Source: Schmidtea polychroa (Eukaryota). Taken from it: a stretch of DNA of 64,000 bases. The notes below the pieces were generated by a model that saw only the letters and a program-made list of their open reading frames with translations, was not told the origin of the DNA and did no database searches. This document shows positions 10,495 to 23,461 of the stretch, piece by piece (within the stretch, counting starts at the first letter, position 1; each line of letters starts with the position of its first letter). The position numbers and the translations under genes are program-made. Where the stretch lies: NCBI GenBank assembly GCA_044892525.1, contig CM097885.1:62248001-62312000 (forward strand), read 5' to 3'.

Positions 10495-11060
10495 TGTTGA
10501 GGCTGAGTCAAAAATTTATTGGTCGTTTTCTGAAACTGATCTGTTCGATTTCAAATCCTGAATATTTCTCAAATGTCGAATTCTGATGCTAATGATTCCT
10601 TGAGTGATCTCTGTAAGTCGCTGATGGTATCTGTAAAGTGTTTTGAATTAACGGTAAGTTTATGATTTTTGTGTTTGCTTATATAGTAATTTTTGATGTG
10701 TGCGGACCAATCAGAATTGAGTACCGCTTGTTTTCTTAATTTAATTTACTTTTTCCTGTTTTTTGGTTATTTTTCCTTATTTTCTTTATTTCTTTATTTA
10801 TTTTTTTTTATATTTTCTATTTATTTCCTTAATTTCCTCACTATTTATTGAATTTTACATCATTTATTCGTCAACTTATTGTCCTATTTTAATTTTCTTA
10901 TTTTTATTTTTTGTTTTAATTCTTATTTCCTAATTATTGTTTTCCTTATATCCTATTCTATTTTATTCTTAACTTCGTTTATTTTATTTTTATTTTCTTT
11001 AACATCCTATTTTCTTACTTTCCTAATTTTCAAAAATTAAGTTTTCGACTCAGCCCAACA
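10495..11060 (-). mobile_element. solo LTR-like element (~566 bp)
   Basis: Inverted ends TGTTGAGGCTGAGTCAAAA / TTTTCGACTCAGCCCAACA, an A-rich U3-like tract, and CCAAT and TATA boxes. No clear TSD. Confidence 0.6.
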
Positions 11061-11326
11061 TTACTAATGATAGAAGTTAAGATAAAAGAAGAAAAATGAA
11101 TTTGAAAATAAAATAATTTATTCATTATCACACCACCATTTTTCGATAGTTTAAATCTAGCTTATTTTTGGCGATCCTCCAATTCTGACATCAATTACAT
11201 GGGTAATCAAATATAATTCAAATAAATCCCCATTGCCTCCAGATTTCGACTATTTCTTGTTTCTAGTGCCAAGAGCACCAAATCCTTGAGCTCTTCTGGT
11301 TACAGTAATACCATATTGATCAAAGC

Positions 11327-13242
11327 ATGATCAAAAGAAGAAATACATTCATATACATTGTATATCTGTGTTTGATATGCCGGATGAATACTACTATATG
11401 TAAAGAATATAATCTGAAGCGTCATTATCAATCACAGCATGCAGACAAATATTCGAAATATAATGGTGAGTCGAGAATCGTCATACTTGAAAATTTAAAA
11501 AAACAATTTAAGAAGCAAACATCAATTATCCCCCTAGCATGTAAGGCTCAGGATGCATATGTTTATGCTTCTTATGCAGTTGCGAAAGAAATTGCCAAAG
11601 CCAAAAAGCCATTTACTGATGGTGAAATTATTAAGAAGTGTGCAATTAAAATGGTTCAAGCATTTGGAGATGATAAAATGGCAAAACAGTTCGAGTCAGT
11701 TTCTCTTTCTCACCAAACCGTTGCAAGACGAATCTTAAATATGGACACCTTAGTTGAAAAATTAGCCGACATAGTAAAAAATTTTGTATATATTTTTCAA
11801 TTGCGCTTGATGAAAGCACCGACATATCTCATACCAGCCAAATGCTGATTTTTGTACGAACAGTGGATGGTGATTTTAATGTTTCGGAGGAGTTACTGAA
11901 ATTGGCTTCCCTACATTCAACAACAAAAGGTGTAGATATTTATGAGGAACTCAAAAATGTTGTTTGCATGTATGGTGGTTTTGAAAAATGCACTGCCATT
12001 GTAACTGATGGAGGAAAATCAATGGTCGGGAAAAATATAGGACTCGCTGGACTGCTAAAACAAAATGGTATTAATTGTCAAATGTTGCATTGCATTATTC
12101 ACCAGCACGTTTTATGTGGAAACATTATGGGATTAAGTTGCACGATGAGTACAATTATTAAAATAACAAATGCAATAAGAGGCGGAAACCGTGCACTCAT
12201 TCATCGTAAATTCAAACAATTTCTTGAAGATTTTGATGCCCAATATGGTGATCTACTTTTGCATAGCCAAGTTCGCTGGTTAAGTGCAGGGAAATGCCTT
12301 AAAAGATTTTTTCAACTTCGTAAAGAAATTAAACTTTTTCTTATGGAAACAGAATTGGATTCGTCATTTATAGCCTGTTTTAATGAAAAACATTTTTAAT
12401 TTCATTAGCATTTTTAGCAGATATTACCGAATATTTGAATGTTTTGAACAAAAACTTGCAAGGCAAAGACCAAAACATAAGTCATCTGGTAAGCCATATC
12501 ATCGGATTCCGCAATAAGTTACGTTTTCTTCGGTCGCATTTTATTAACAACAATTTGGTGCACTTCGAGTGTTGTTATGAACTTGCTATCGAAATGCAAG
12601 AAATCGGTCAACAATTAAACATGAAAGATTATGTACCCGTGTTGGACAAATTGGTTGAAGATTTTGATGCCAAATTTTCTGATTTTGATGCAATTAAACC
12701 AGAACTAAAATTATTTAATAATCCGACTACCATCGACGTTGAAGAAACCGATATTAAATATCAAATGGAATTATGTGAATTGCAAGCTGACGAATTTTTT
12801 AAATCAAGGCTGGAGACAGGGGTAAATTTATTCAAAATGTTTCCAAACGACAAATATCCAAAATTGCGCGATTTGGGCTTAAAATTAATTTCTATGTTTG
12901 GTAGTACATATATTTGTGAACGAGCATTTTCTGACATGAAATATATCAAATCTTAATATAGAAATTCAATGACCGACAAAACACTAAAAGAAATTTTAAG
13001 AATTTCTTCAACTAAAATTGATATAAATATCGAAGTTCTTGTAGCTGCCCATATAAATAAGCAGTTTTCACATTAATAAATATTATGTTAATATTTTTTT
13101 TCTTTTTTTTCTTGAACTATGAACTAATAAAATACTAAAAAAAATTATAAATGACTTTTAATTAAAATTTATAGTATATGGCCCGCCAAACCTACAAAAA
13201 GATAAAATTGGCACACATGTACAGAAAAGTTATACAGCGCTG
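11327..13242 (+). mobile_element. hAT transposon (Buster/SPIN/GTF2IRD2-like), frameshifted transposase
   Basis: ORFs 11327-11848, 11842-12399 and 12435-12956 contain CKEYNLKRHY, (frameshifted) FSIALDESTD, TDGGKSMVG, HCIIHQ, VRWLS and GSTYICERAFS. The 3' end is ...TATACAGCGCTG at 13242. The 5' TIR was not found. Confidence 0.9.
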
Positions 13243-14034
13243 ATATCCAACAATAAGTTAAATTCATTTACTTATATTACAAGTAAAACTGGAAAGATTT
13301 CAGGTTCATGTATGGAATTAGTGATATGGGTTTTTATTTGACCGGTTCAGATCTTACTACTTGAGTACTTGAATATTATATAGGTTTCTGGAAACATATT
13401 TCTAGACAATTTCTAAGTAGTTGTAAATTGAAGGTTATTATGACTGGCATCGAAATTTATTTCCCGAGAGTTATATTTTATTGATTTTGCGAATTTGCAG
13501 ATATACATTTTTATCTAAGTTTTCTAAAGATTAACCACATTAGCTAGCGTGAATTTGGTGTTTATAATATCCATAAATCAAACAATTGTCAAATTACTTA
13601 TTTCAAAACAACACTAGGGGTGTGTCCTGCTTAAAATCGTGAATAGGGGAAATTATGGTTGACTCAACCCGACTCCTTTTAGACGCCAAGGTGACTATTG
13701 TTATGACTACTCATGTGCCCATGGCGACGACATATGTTGGTACTGCACATAGTAGCTGAGGACCTATGAACAGGTGAGCTTCTGCGTTAAAACTACTCTT
13801 CATAGTTTCTTCATTTACGGGTTCAAGAATGCCGATAGAAGGGCTTACATCCTCATGGACTGGTTCGGTAATTACGTAAAGAATCTTTTGTTAAATCTTG
13901 GTCCAAGGGGTGTGTCCTTTATTCTCATACAGATCGATTAATCCCAAAAAGAAACTCATACGGATCAAATAACTCAAACAAAAATAAGACAATTAACATA
14001 AGGTAAAGTTCTATTTAATACACTGACACTTCCA

Positions 14035-14891
14035 TTATGATCTATCTTTGTACATAACTAAGTTCGATTCGAAGATATTAAAGAAAACTAGAAGTGATGG
14101 AGTTAAGGTTTCTCCAGCGTAACCTTTGTCTGCGATCCAACCCTCGTCATTTCCATCCCGTAAAAGAAACTCAAGGTCCGACATTAATTGGGCATCATAG
14201 GGCCAAGGGGTGGTTGTTGAAGGTATCACATGAAACGAAGGTACTTGCAGAGTCGTCGGCATCGCTGTCAAAGGTGGAACCTTTGGCGTGATCCAGAATA
14301 ACGTAGCTTTTGTGGCTGCCTTTCCGTCGCGTCTGCGGTTCGATTTCTCGGCGCGAGTCAAACGTTTTCTCTTTGGTCGATAGTTGGAGTTGACCTCATT
14401 GGAAGAAATCGGGTTTCCTGAAGGTGGAGTTATAAGTGTGATTGTTTTGATTGGAGCCACACTGGAACCAACATATACAACTTCCGGTGACAGAGGTGAA
14501 AGTTCTGTCCCGTGATTAGCACAAGAAGATTTTGAAACCTGTGGAAGATCCTTGTACATATGGTGTATGGGAAACACATTCGTTTCGTCGAGAACTGGGC
14601 GTTCAGAAATCCGTTTCTTAATTTCGGACTCATTATATATCCGATGGAGGTTTACCGACTGCGACTTTATAGTGATGCGCAGATTGCGGTTCTCCTCTAA
14701 AATACTATCCCGACAGTGCTCGAGTCTTAGCACTTTTCGATTTACTTCCTTCATTTGGGCCGGGGGAAACAATGATCAATCTTCTTTTTTAATGCCCCTA
14801 TCTCCATTTGGCCCTTGTTGATGGTATCGTTTTTGTCCGCACAGGAGAAACACGGCTTTAAATTTGATGTAATTGGGTTTGGTTTAGACAT
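14035..14891 (-). pseudogene. ORF-X copy 2 (frameshift near 14775)
   Basis: From the ATG at 14891: MSKPNPITSNLKPCFSCADKNDTINKGQMEIGALKKKID, then a small deletion shifts into ORF 14035-14772 (PAQMKEVNRKVLRLEHCRDSILEE...RPKRKRLTRAEKSNRRRD). Confidence 0.8.
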
Positions 14892-15889
14892 ATCGCTGAA
14901 AAGAAATGAGGTTATACACCAGCAACTTCTCTACCAAAAATAGAAATCAATTAAATAGACACTGTTCCTTGAGCCACTTTATGCACTGGTGTTGAGAGTT
15001 TATTCGGACTAATGTTTAATACAAAAGAAACCTGACCCGGGGAAGGTGGATGAACCTTTCAATCATAAGTTTAATTATTATCCGAACTTTATCATTATTA
15101 TTTAAAATCATAATCGAATATTATTAAGCGTTCACTACCAATCAATAATTAAAAATCGTTATCAATTATTATTGAAAAAATCGTCATCAATTATTAACTA
15201 AAACCATTATCAATGCTTATTTAAATATCCCTGTCAATTGTGAATCAAAAATCATTTCCCATAACTATTTGAAATTCATTCTCAGTTGCTATTTAGAAAT
15301 CATTATTAATTATTATTTAAAAAATCTCTGTTATCATTAAGTTTATCCTTACTGTTACTCATGGTATTTCGGTAGTATCATTACTCTTTCTGCTGGCCTC
15401 TTCATTTTTGTTAATCTCCATCATTAATTTCGTAATCGCGATTATATTTATCTAAAATTCACGTTACTGACTCACCACTAACATCGTCTTTTTCACCTTA
15501 TTCATTACTAGGATTTAAAATCATTTTCATCATCGCTACTGATGTCATTTTTATCAATAATTATGAACATTAGTATTATTATAGTTATTCCGATGATTAA
15601 AATATGTAAATGTTAACATGGTTCCCTAAATTTCACTAATCTTATCGCCATTCCCGGCCATTGATGCATGTGCCGTTGTTGCCTGTATTAAAATGATTTT
15701 ATGGACAGTGTTGTTATGATTTCTATTACTCAATACTCTGATGTTCGTCATTAATATTTTCCCAGCTGTCTTGCCATCGTCACTCTGGTTGGTATTTTCT
15801 ACTAGCAATTCCTGATTTTGTTTACGTGTTGGGTAATCAATTAGGTAAACAAGCGTCCACTCGCTACCAGGGGATGATGGTCAAATCAA

Positions 15890-16407
15890 AACAAACATGT
15901 ACTATTTAGTCGACCTCAAATCAAGCACCGGAGGAGGGATCGGATTCAAGGTAACGATAGGCCTTGGGACCGCTTGGCTGACTCCAGTGATGCGAACGTC
16001 AGATATCGTGGGAGATGGATGTCGTCCACGCAACTTTTACTGGCCTCATCTCCATATTGATTTGGGTTCGCTGGCTGATCATGGCCCAAAAATACATTGT
16101 GTTCTTTCGAGATTGGTATAGAGGCTATCTTCTTTGTGATCGTTGCCTGCACGTAGACCTTGTGCAGGGCCTCAGACTGCTCCTTGACTAGCAGTTGCAA
16201 CGAGCATCTCGATCAGACTATCGCGATAGTGCTCGGCTCGCGACAACTTCATCCACATTTCTTTCATTTGAGCGGGCGTGAAATATGCCCCTTCGAGATA
16301 GTCGTTCTTCTTCAGCAGTCCTATCTGGGTCTGCAGCGTTTTAATAATCGCGTTCTTATCGGCGCACATGGCCGAAGAAGAGTCGTAGGTGTTGGGGTTT
16401 TCGACAT
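15890..16407 (-). pseudogene. ORF-X copy 3 (two frameshifts, shorter)
   Basis: From the ATG at 16407: MSKTPTPTTLLRPC, a shift to ADKNAIIK...QIGLLKK...TPAQMKE...AEHYRDSLIE, and a shift to LLVKEQSEALHKVY...EHNVF. The 3' boundary is approximate. Confidence 0.75.
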
Positions 16408-17589
16408 TTCTAAAGTAAGTCAGTGGTAATAGCAAATTTATGTAACGAAATTATAGGTAATGAAATTATATAATATCGGATTGCTCTTTATAATCGTCGA
16501 TAATAGATAGAGATAAAGAAGACTAATTCCCCTCACATTCGCACCCGAGAGACCTCGCATTGTTAACGATATCAGCCTTAGGCTCCTTTTACCATAATAA
16601 AAGCATTATTTATCTGAGTTTATATTTTTATATGTTTGGATGAATTATGTGATTAGACCCTTCATAAATGTTTAAATAACGAATAAAATTTACCCTTGAA
16701 ATTATTAAAATAAATTACCTAATTTAATCATTCAAATATTCAAATAAATTAGATAACTTCATCCTTCCTAAATTTTTCATCTAAAATTATATCGTCCAAT
16801 CATTCTTAAAATTTCAAATAAATTACATCCATCAATCATTCAAAAAAATTCAAATAAAACTGTGTCGTTCCATCGCCCTTAAAGATATTCTAATAAAATT
16901 GTATCATTCAATCGCCGTTAAGAATATAAAAAATTTATATCATACAATCAAAAATTTGTGACATGAGCTACTGACAGTCACTCAGGTAGATTATGATGCA
17001 TTTGGTGGTTTGTGCCTTATCGCTTCGTTTCAACACTGGTATTACCTAATTGCCATGTGAAATGGGTGTCTGCGAGTCTAATCCAATGCAAATCAACACG
17101 TCTAATCATTGGAATTTATTGTCATACTCCGGATGTGTGTCGTCCATGATTGCGACTGCAGATAATACGATCTATTCTACAGTACATTTCGCGTTATTTA
17201 CAGGGTCGTCTACGAATTTATCGATGGCATGTAAAAGTACTTCTGGTCGCGGCTGAGTTCTCAAGAATCTCGTGTAGGAGGAGCGTGTTCTTAACTTGGA
17301 TCGATTATCGTTGGATAGAATTTCATTCGACAAGGTGTAAATCCGATGTGCAATAGGGAATTTCCAGATCAAACCAAATTTCAACTATGACTTTCTCTGA
17401 ACTCATTTCGTGAAAATTTAACGTTCGAATGCCATACATAGAGATGATGTCGAAAATTTGTGAACAAATGCATCGCGTATCCTGAAGTAAATTGATTATT
17501 GAATTTCCCGGTTTTCACCAAAACTCTATTCACGAAGCTATTTCCTATAGTCGACCTTGCATGATCAAAGCGCAAAAATTGTAATCTAT

Positions 17590-17960
17590 CTTACCTAAAT
17601 TTTTTGTAAAATTTTTATTTCAATGTCTTGCTTATATAGCTTATTGTGGAATTTGCGGACCGCTCAGAATCGAGGTTCCGCAAAATTAATTAATTTAATT
17701 AAAATTTATATTTTGTAATTTTTCTTGTCTTTTAGGTTTTTCTTAAAATTGTATTAATTTTCTTTATAATTTTTTATATTAATTGCATATTTCTAGTGTC
17801 GTTTTCCTACTTTTATGTGTACTTGATGTTTTTGCTTCCTTTAATTTATTGTTTTAATTCTATGTTTTGTTTTTCCTCTCTTTTATTCAGTTAATATACT
17901 TATTTATATTTATTTTTTAATTTGTTTTTGATTTTTGATGGTATTTTTTGTCGTTTCCTA
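17590..17960 (-). promoter_or_regulatory. LTR-like U3/promoter with canonical splice donor upstream of ORF-X copies 3 and 2
   Basis: An A-rich tract (17700-17960), TATATAA at 17632-17638 and AG|GTAAG at 17594/17595 on the minus strand. Confidence 0.55.
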
Positions 17961-17969
17961 TTGCCTCGT

Positions 17970-20900
17970 TGTGCCAGGATAAAAGTATGAGGATCAATCA
18001 AGATCAGTGTCAATAAATGTGATTGGGTTCAGGATCATTGTCGATAGATAAGAAAACGCAAAGTCACAATTTAAGTCAAAGCTTAAACACATTAAGTTCC
18101 GAGGGGGGGGATCAATCGGTTGCAGGATCGGGATCCAGACAGGTACTGCTTGTGGCACGTATTGGTGGCAGGTCAAGCTTGTGATTAGTTCCGATGGTGG
18201 GGGCCGGTCCTTGGGGTAGTTTCCATCTGCAGCTCGAGCGAGTAACAGGTCCCGGTGCCTGGTCCAGGAGGCGGTTTCCATGTGCCGGTGCCGGTTCGAG
18301 AGTGTGAGAGGTCCCGGTGACAGGTGGCCGATCCTGGAGGCAGTCTGGAGGTTCGGTTCCAGCGAGATGGTTCCGGTGGATGGTTCCGTATTGGCTCTAA
18401 TATAAATTATGGGGCCTGGAATACCTTTCAAAGGGATAGGGCAAAAATATATACTACAATGATAAATAAGATATTGATTAATAATAGTAATAGCGAGTGA
18501 TAATAATGAGCTATAGAAAAAATATATGAAAAATTATATATAAAAATAAATATATGTTGAGAGGTATAAGGATATGGTTATAGGGGGATGGGTTTCTCAT
18601 TGCGATGAATCCTTGTATGTATGTTCCCTATAGATGTTATAGCTGCTCTGAATCGCGGCGGTGCATGCCTTATTCGCGAGTCTCTTAATTTCAGACTTAG
18701 AAAGACCAATTTTCTTTAGGATTGCATCGTTCAGCTTATCCCAAGAACATAAGGTACCTAGTACAAGGGCAGAAAGAGAGGTCTTACATTTATGTAGATG
18801 TCCGATTTCAATGGCGATGTCCTTATATTTTTCGAAGTTTTTTGTCACGAGCATTGTTGAAGTTGGCAGCGGATTCATAGGGCACCTTGATGTCGAGGAG
18901 ATGCAAGTTGCAGTTTCTGCTAGACTGAATGAGGAGGTCTGGTATAAGCTTCGATACCCCGTCCGGGGGCCTTTCTACGTCTACCAGAAAGTTGAGGGAC
19001 AGGAGTATATCAGATACGGTCTGTAGGACATTGGAGTGTTTATTGCGATGGGCGTTGAATTTTGCAGCACAGTGGTTGAAGATATGCGCCTGGGTTTCAG
19101 GGTGTGTGTGGCAGTGTCGACAAGTGGTTGACTTATTGGTCTTAAGTCGATGGAGAGAATAGTTTAGCTTAAGCAGGTTGTTCCTTGCTTTAATAAGAAA
19201 GAGGTATTGGGCATCGGACAGAGTGTCAGTTTGAATGAAAAAGGCCACTGTGCTGCTTTCACTGATTGCTTTTGCAATGTAACCTTGGCATCTCATCCGG
19301 ATCCACCTTTCAGCATGGATCAGGCCAATTATGGAGTGGAGTTCTGAGGACGTGTCATGGATGTTCTCAGTGTCGAAGTAGGTGAGACGTTCGCGATATT
19401 TTACCTCTAGCTGCAGGGAGTTTTCAATGTATTTGATTTTCGCGGAGATATCGTATTTGAGGAGCAGTCTAGTGGACGATTTACAGAATTTTGAAAAGAA
19501 GGTAGGAAATTGTTTAGATGTTTCCCTATTCAGCCACGCCAGGGCAGCATTGAAGTTGCTTTGGCCCCTAGCCTGTGCGAGTTTCGAGGTGACAAGGTTA
19601 CGGAAACTTAGATCGCAGGAGGTGAGGGATCTGATCATGAACGATGCTCTGGATATGGTATTCATCTATCGCCGAAGTGAGTCCCATCCCCCCAATTTTA
19701 TAGAGGCATAAGTGAAATTGTTGTTTAATTGCATAATTTTATCCCCCATCGTGGTTCGCAAAAATGTCTTTAAGTTTTTGGTCAAAGCCCAGGTATTGCG
19801 CGTCCCCTCTCCTAAGGCGTTTCGAGTCTAACGTCATTTGTCTGATTTCGCAGTTTCGGAAAGTGAAGATGAGGCGGGAGTGTATAAAGATCTTGTAGGA
19901 CATTAACTTCTGTGCCGGGTGCAGGTAGGATTGGAAGATAAGTTTTGTGTTGTCAAAGCGTTGTCAAGTCTTTCCTCGATGTTGTGTTTATTTTTGTGCG
20001 CGAAGTCGACGCCGAGATAACGGTAGAAATTTGAGTCGTCGATAACTGGTAATCTTTCGCCATAGAGAGTGACGGGGGTGTGTGTCGAAAATGTTGAGCG
20101 AGAAGTAGCCAGATTTAGATGGTTTAAACCGAAGATTAACCTTTTGTGCCAGTCGCAGTCTCAGCTAGTGCAGCGGTAATGGAGGAGAAGGAGTCGGAGA
20201 TAAAGACAATGTCATCAACATATGCAATGATGCTTATATTGTGTTCGTGAAGAAAGAAAAAGTGTTCGCGTAGTATAGTTCTTAAGATGAAGTCAATCGA
20301 AAGGCAGAAGAGGGTCATAGAGAGTGGGCAACCTCGCTTTACTCCTTTGACAATTGGCACCGAGGTGGACAATTCTTCTTCGCACTCGAAGATGGTGTTG
20401 ACATTGGAATACATATCCATGATGAGGTTGATGGTTTGTTGATGAAGGCTCATGTGTGTCAGAGTGTGCCAGATAAGATCATGGGGTAAGGAGCCAAAAG
20501 CATCAGTGATATCGAGACAAATGATATGGAGTTCCGTTTTATTGCGGACAGAGAAGTCTTTGATGAGGTAAAGAGTTAGGTTATGTTCGACGCAGCCATC
20601 GGGGGTGCCAATGGCTTTTTGGTTAGTGTTAAGTAGGTGACCTTGCCTGATCCAGGACAAGATAGATGATTAAGGACAGAGAAGAAGATACGGTATGCAG
20701 TGTTCATGACAGAGATAGGGTGCCACGAGCTAGCCTCATGGCTCGTTTCATGTTTCCCTTGTTTGAGTATCAGTTTGGTCCGAAAAGTCTTCCAGCTGGG
20801 AGGATATATCGAGGCGGAAAGTACGTTATTACAGATAGCAAGAAGGGGTTCCATATTGGGGCATATCTTTTTCCAGTCGGATAAGGTGATCTTGTCGATG

Positions 20901-23110
20901 CCTGGTGCAGTGTTGTCCAGTGAGGCGATAGTGAAGCGAAGGTCATCAATGTCGAAACGGATAGAAGTGTTCTTTCAGGAAATGAAGGAAGTGATAGGTC
21001 AGTAAGGACGGATATTGGTGTAAGTACAGCCCCCGAAGAGAAGAAGTATAATGGCCATAGTGGGCCTATATAGAGGTAGGTCTGCTCCAATATTTTCCCA
21101 ATCTCTTCCTTGGGTTTCATGCGGAATCTGGCCCGTTTAATGAAGAGGAGCTCATTCTCTGATTTCAGCTTTTTGTGTGTGGCGTCTGCTGGTTTTATTG
21201 TCTTGTATCTGTCTGGGTTGATGTTGCCATTGATTCGTTCAATCTCGTTAAGGGCTGATTGGGTGTCTGTTAGATTTTGGGAGAGTTGTTCAATGAGGTT
21301 TATGAGGAATATGTGGTATTTTCTCATGTTATTAATAGGTAGCCTATTATGAATGAAAGTGGAAATAATCTGCCTCATATCTTTCAGCATGTGGCGTAGG
21401 TCAGGAGTGGGGATGGGAGTGTGTGAGGTAAGGCATTTCAGTATGTGGCATACGTATTGGGCAGATTCAAGTGGTGTTGAGCATCGTGGGTATTCAAGAT
21501 TCGTTAGTGACAAGGTGACTTGGCTGACGATATTTTGGAGACTAAGAATAGTATCTAATAGGTTGATGGCAATATCGTGACGTAGTAAGAAGCTGTCTTC
21601 ACTCATTGGGTCTATGATCACTGCCAGCTGGCGGTGTTTATCCAGGAAGAAGAAGAGCCAGCTGTCCCTGCCATTGGCCATTGGAATGATAATCTCGTTC
21701 CAGTCTGCGAAGTCTTTGAAGGGGAAGGAGGCGAAGAAAGTTTTGTAATTGCGTTGAATAAGCGCGTTGCCGATGAAGGGATCTACAAATATGGTTGATT
21801 TTCTCATTGCATATTTGAAGAGATAAGCTTTAATTGCGTGCTGTGACCATCATGCCGATTCCTGGTCAATGTTATTGCTGAAGAGGATAATGTCGGGAAG
21901 GGGTAGCTCAATAATTTCACTAGGTGAGTATCAAAGCTGTTCTTCTCCGGTAAACATGATTTGCCTTATTGCATCAAAGGAAGGGGTGTGTACATCAATT
22001 TGGGCTGAGGTGGAGTCTGCAGTGGTCGTGGGAGCTGTGGGGTGGTGCTGGTCGACATGAGATTGGACGCGCAGCGTCCATGCCATACTTGTCTGAGCTC
22101 AGTTTTATGAGATTGTGCGCAATTTTTAGTAGAGCATTTTCCATTTTATCGATTCTGTTATTGATATTACGCTTATATTTAGAGTATGATCTGTAGTTAC
22201 GGGCGTTTTTCGACTTGTGATGGAGTTTCTTTATTTGTTGAGGGTTCTTAGTGAACATAGAGCCATCGGAAGAGTCTGAGTCTGAGATGTGCCGCAGTAT
22301 GTCAGTGCCAGAGAAAAGGTGGTCTGAGCCATCAAAATTGTGTTCGGGTTGGTGGAATTGGGGCGGGGCGTTATTGCTTGTCCTTTCAGTTGATGACGAA
22401 AGTATGCTAACTGTGGCTTGGGTATGTATCATTTGATTGTTAAGAAGAAGTTGGCGACGGTCACTTTGCGTGTATTCAGGCTGATGGAATTGCTGTGATG
22501 TATTGTTTTCATTGATGATGCCAGAGTTCTCGGAAGAGGCTTGTGTGCAGGAGGGGCTCTGTGAAGGTTTAGCTTGTGGTGGCAGTTGCTTGTTGTCGAT
22601 TGTACCTGTGTTGGAAGATGGAATTGGCGTATGTATGGGGTTTTGAACATTTAGGGGTAAGATTATGTCTTTGGTTGCATTAGTCGTATTGGTTGGTGGA
22701 AGAAGAGTTGTTGAAAGAGCTGATGGAAGAGCCAAAGTGTCGCTGCGCGATATCAAAGAAGCACTCTCAAGGGAAACGGGTACAGGGGCCGGTATGTTCA
22801 TGGAGATAGCGGTGTTGATGTCTCGAACGCGTTTTATGTGATTTGGGTTTGCCTTGAACTTGTCCTAATAATGTTTGTTGATTTTCTCATTTCGCGACGG
22901 AATTGTAAATTTGAAAAATGCTGGTGCAGTGGTTTATCAATTGTGCCTGCAGTGGTTACGTGAGGTGAGGTGGGATGATTGCCTAGACAAGGAGAAGGAA
23001 TAAGTACAGTTTTGGTATAGTCATCTATCTTGAGATTAAAGTATTGGTCACTGTCTGAATTCGCGAATCGGCCGCAGGCCGTTGAGCTTCGTATTTTTAT
23101 CAATCCTTTG
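17970..23110 (-). mobile_element. RLE-type non-LTR retrotransposon (NeSL/R2-like), degraded
   Basis: RT motifs WKTFRTKLILK..WHPIS, QKAI..DGC.EH, LDITDAFGSLPH, GVKRGCPLS, AYVDD and YRYLG. A CCHC knuckle (CRHCHTHPETQAHIFNHC) and RLE motifs (RNKH, PDL, LDIKVPYE, KYKD) are at the C-terminus, and a Ulp1-like domain lies upstream of RT. Multiple frameshifts; ends approximate. Confidence 0.9.
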
Positions 23111-23461
23111 CCCTCCGAAAAATATTTTGGTCATGTTCATTTTTTAAAAGTGTGGGTTTTAATTCTATTTTAAACAAATCTAGATTTTTTTCACAAAAAA
23201 TATTTAAAGTGTTTTCAATATTATTTTTAAACATTTCTAAATTTTCTAAAAATTTTTCACGTTGGAATTTTCAATAACATTTTTACAATCTAAATTTTTA
23301 TTATTTGCATTAAAATTATAGTTCACCATCCTTTGTATTATAACTTATTAAAATTTTCACAATCCAAATTATTTATATTATTTTTATTTGTAGTATTACA
23401 AAATTTTCTATATTATCTGCATTAAAATTATGATTTAAATTATTATCTTTTGTATTATAAC

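Noticed and set aside
17994-18431. 145-aa ORF as a second gene of the non-LTR element
   Set aside because: It has no recognisable motif, and an open frame is expected in this GC-rich UTR patch.
17960-23200. Spliced-leader, rRNA or snRNA target gene flanking the NeSL-like element
   Set aside because: I recognised no SL, 28S or U2 sequence and no TSD at either end, so target specificity cannot be claimed.
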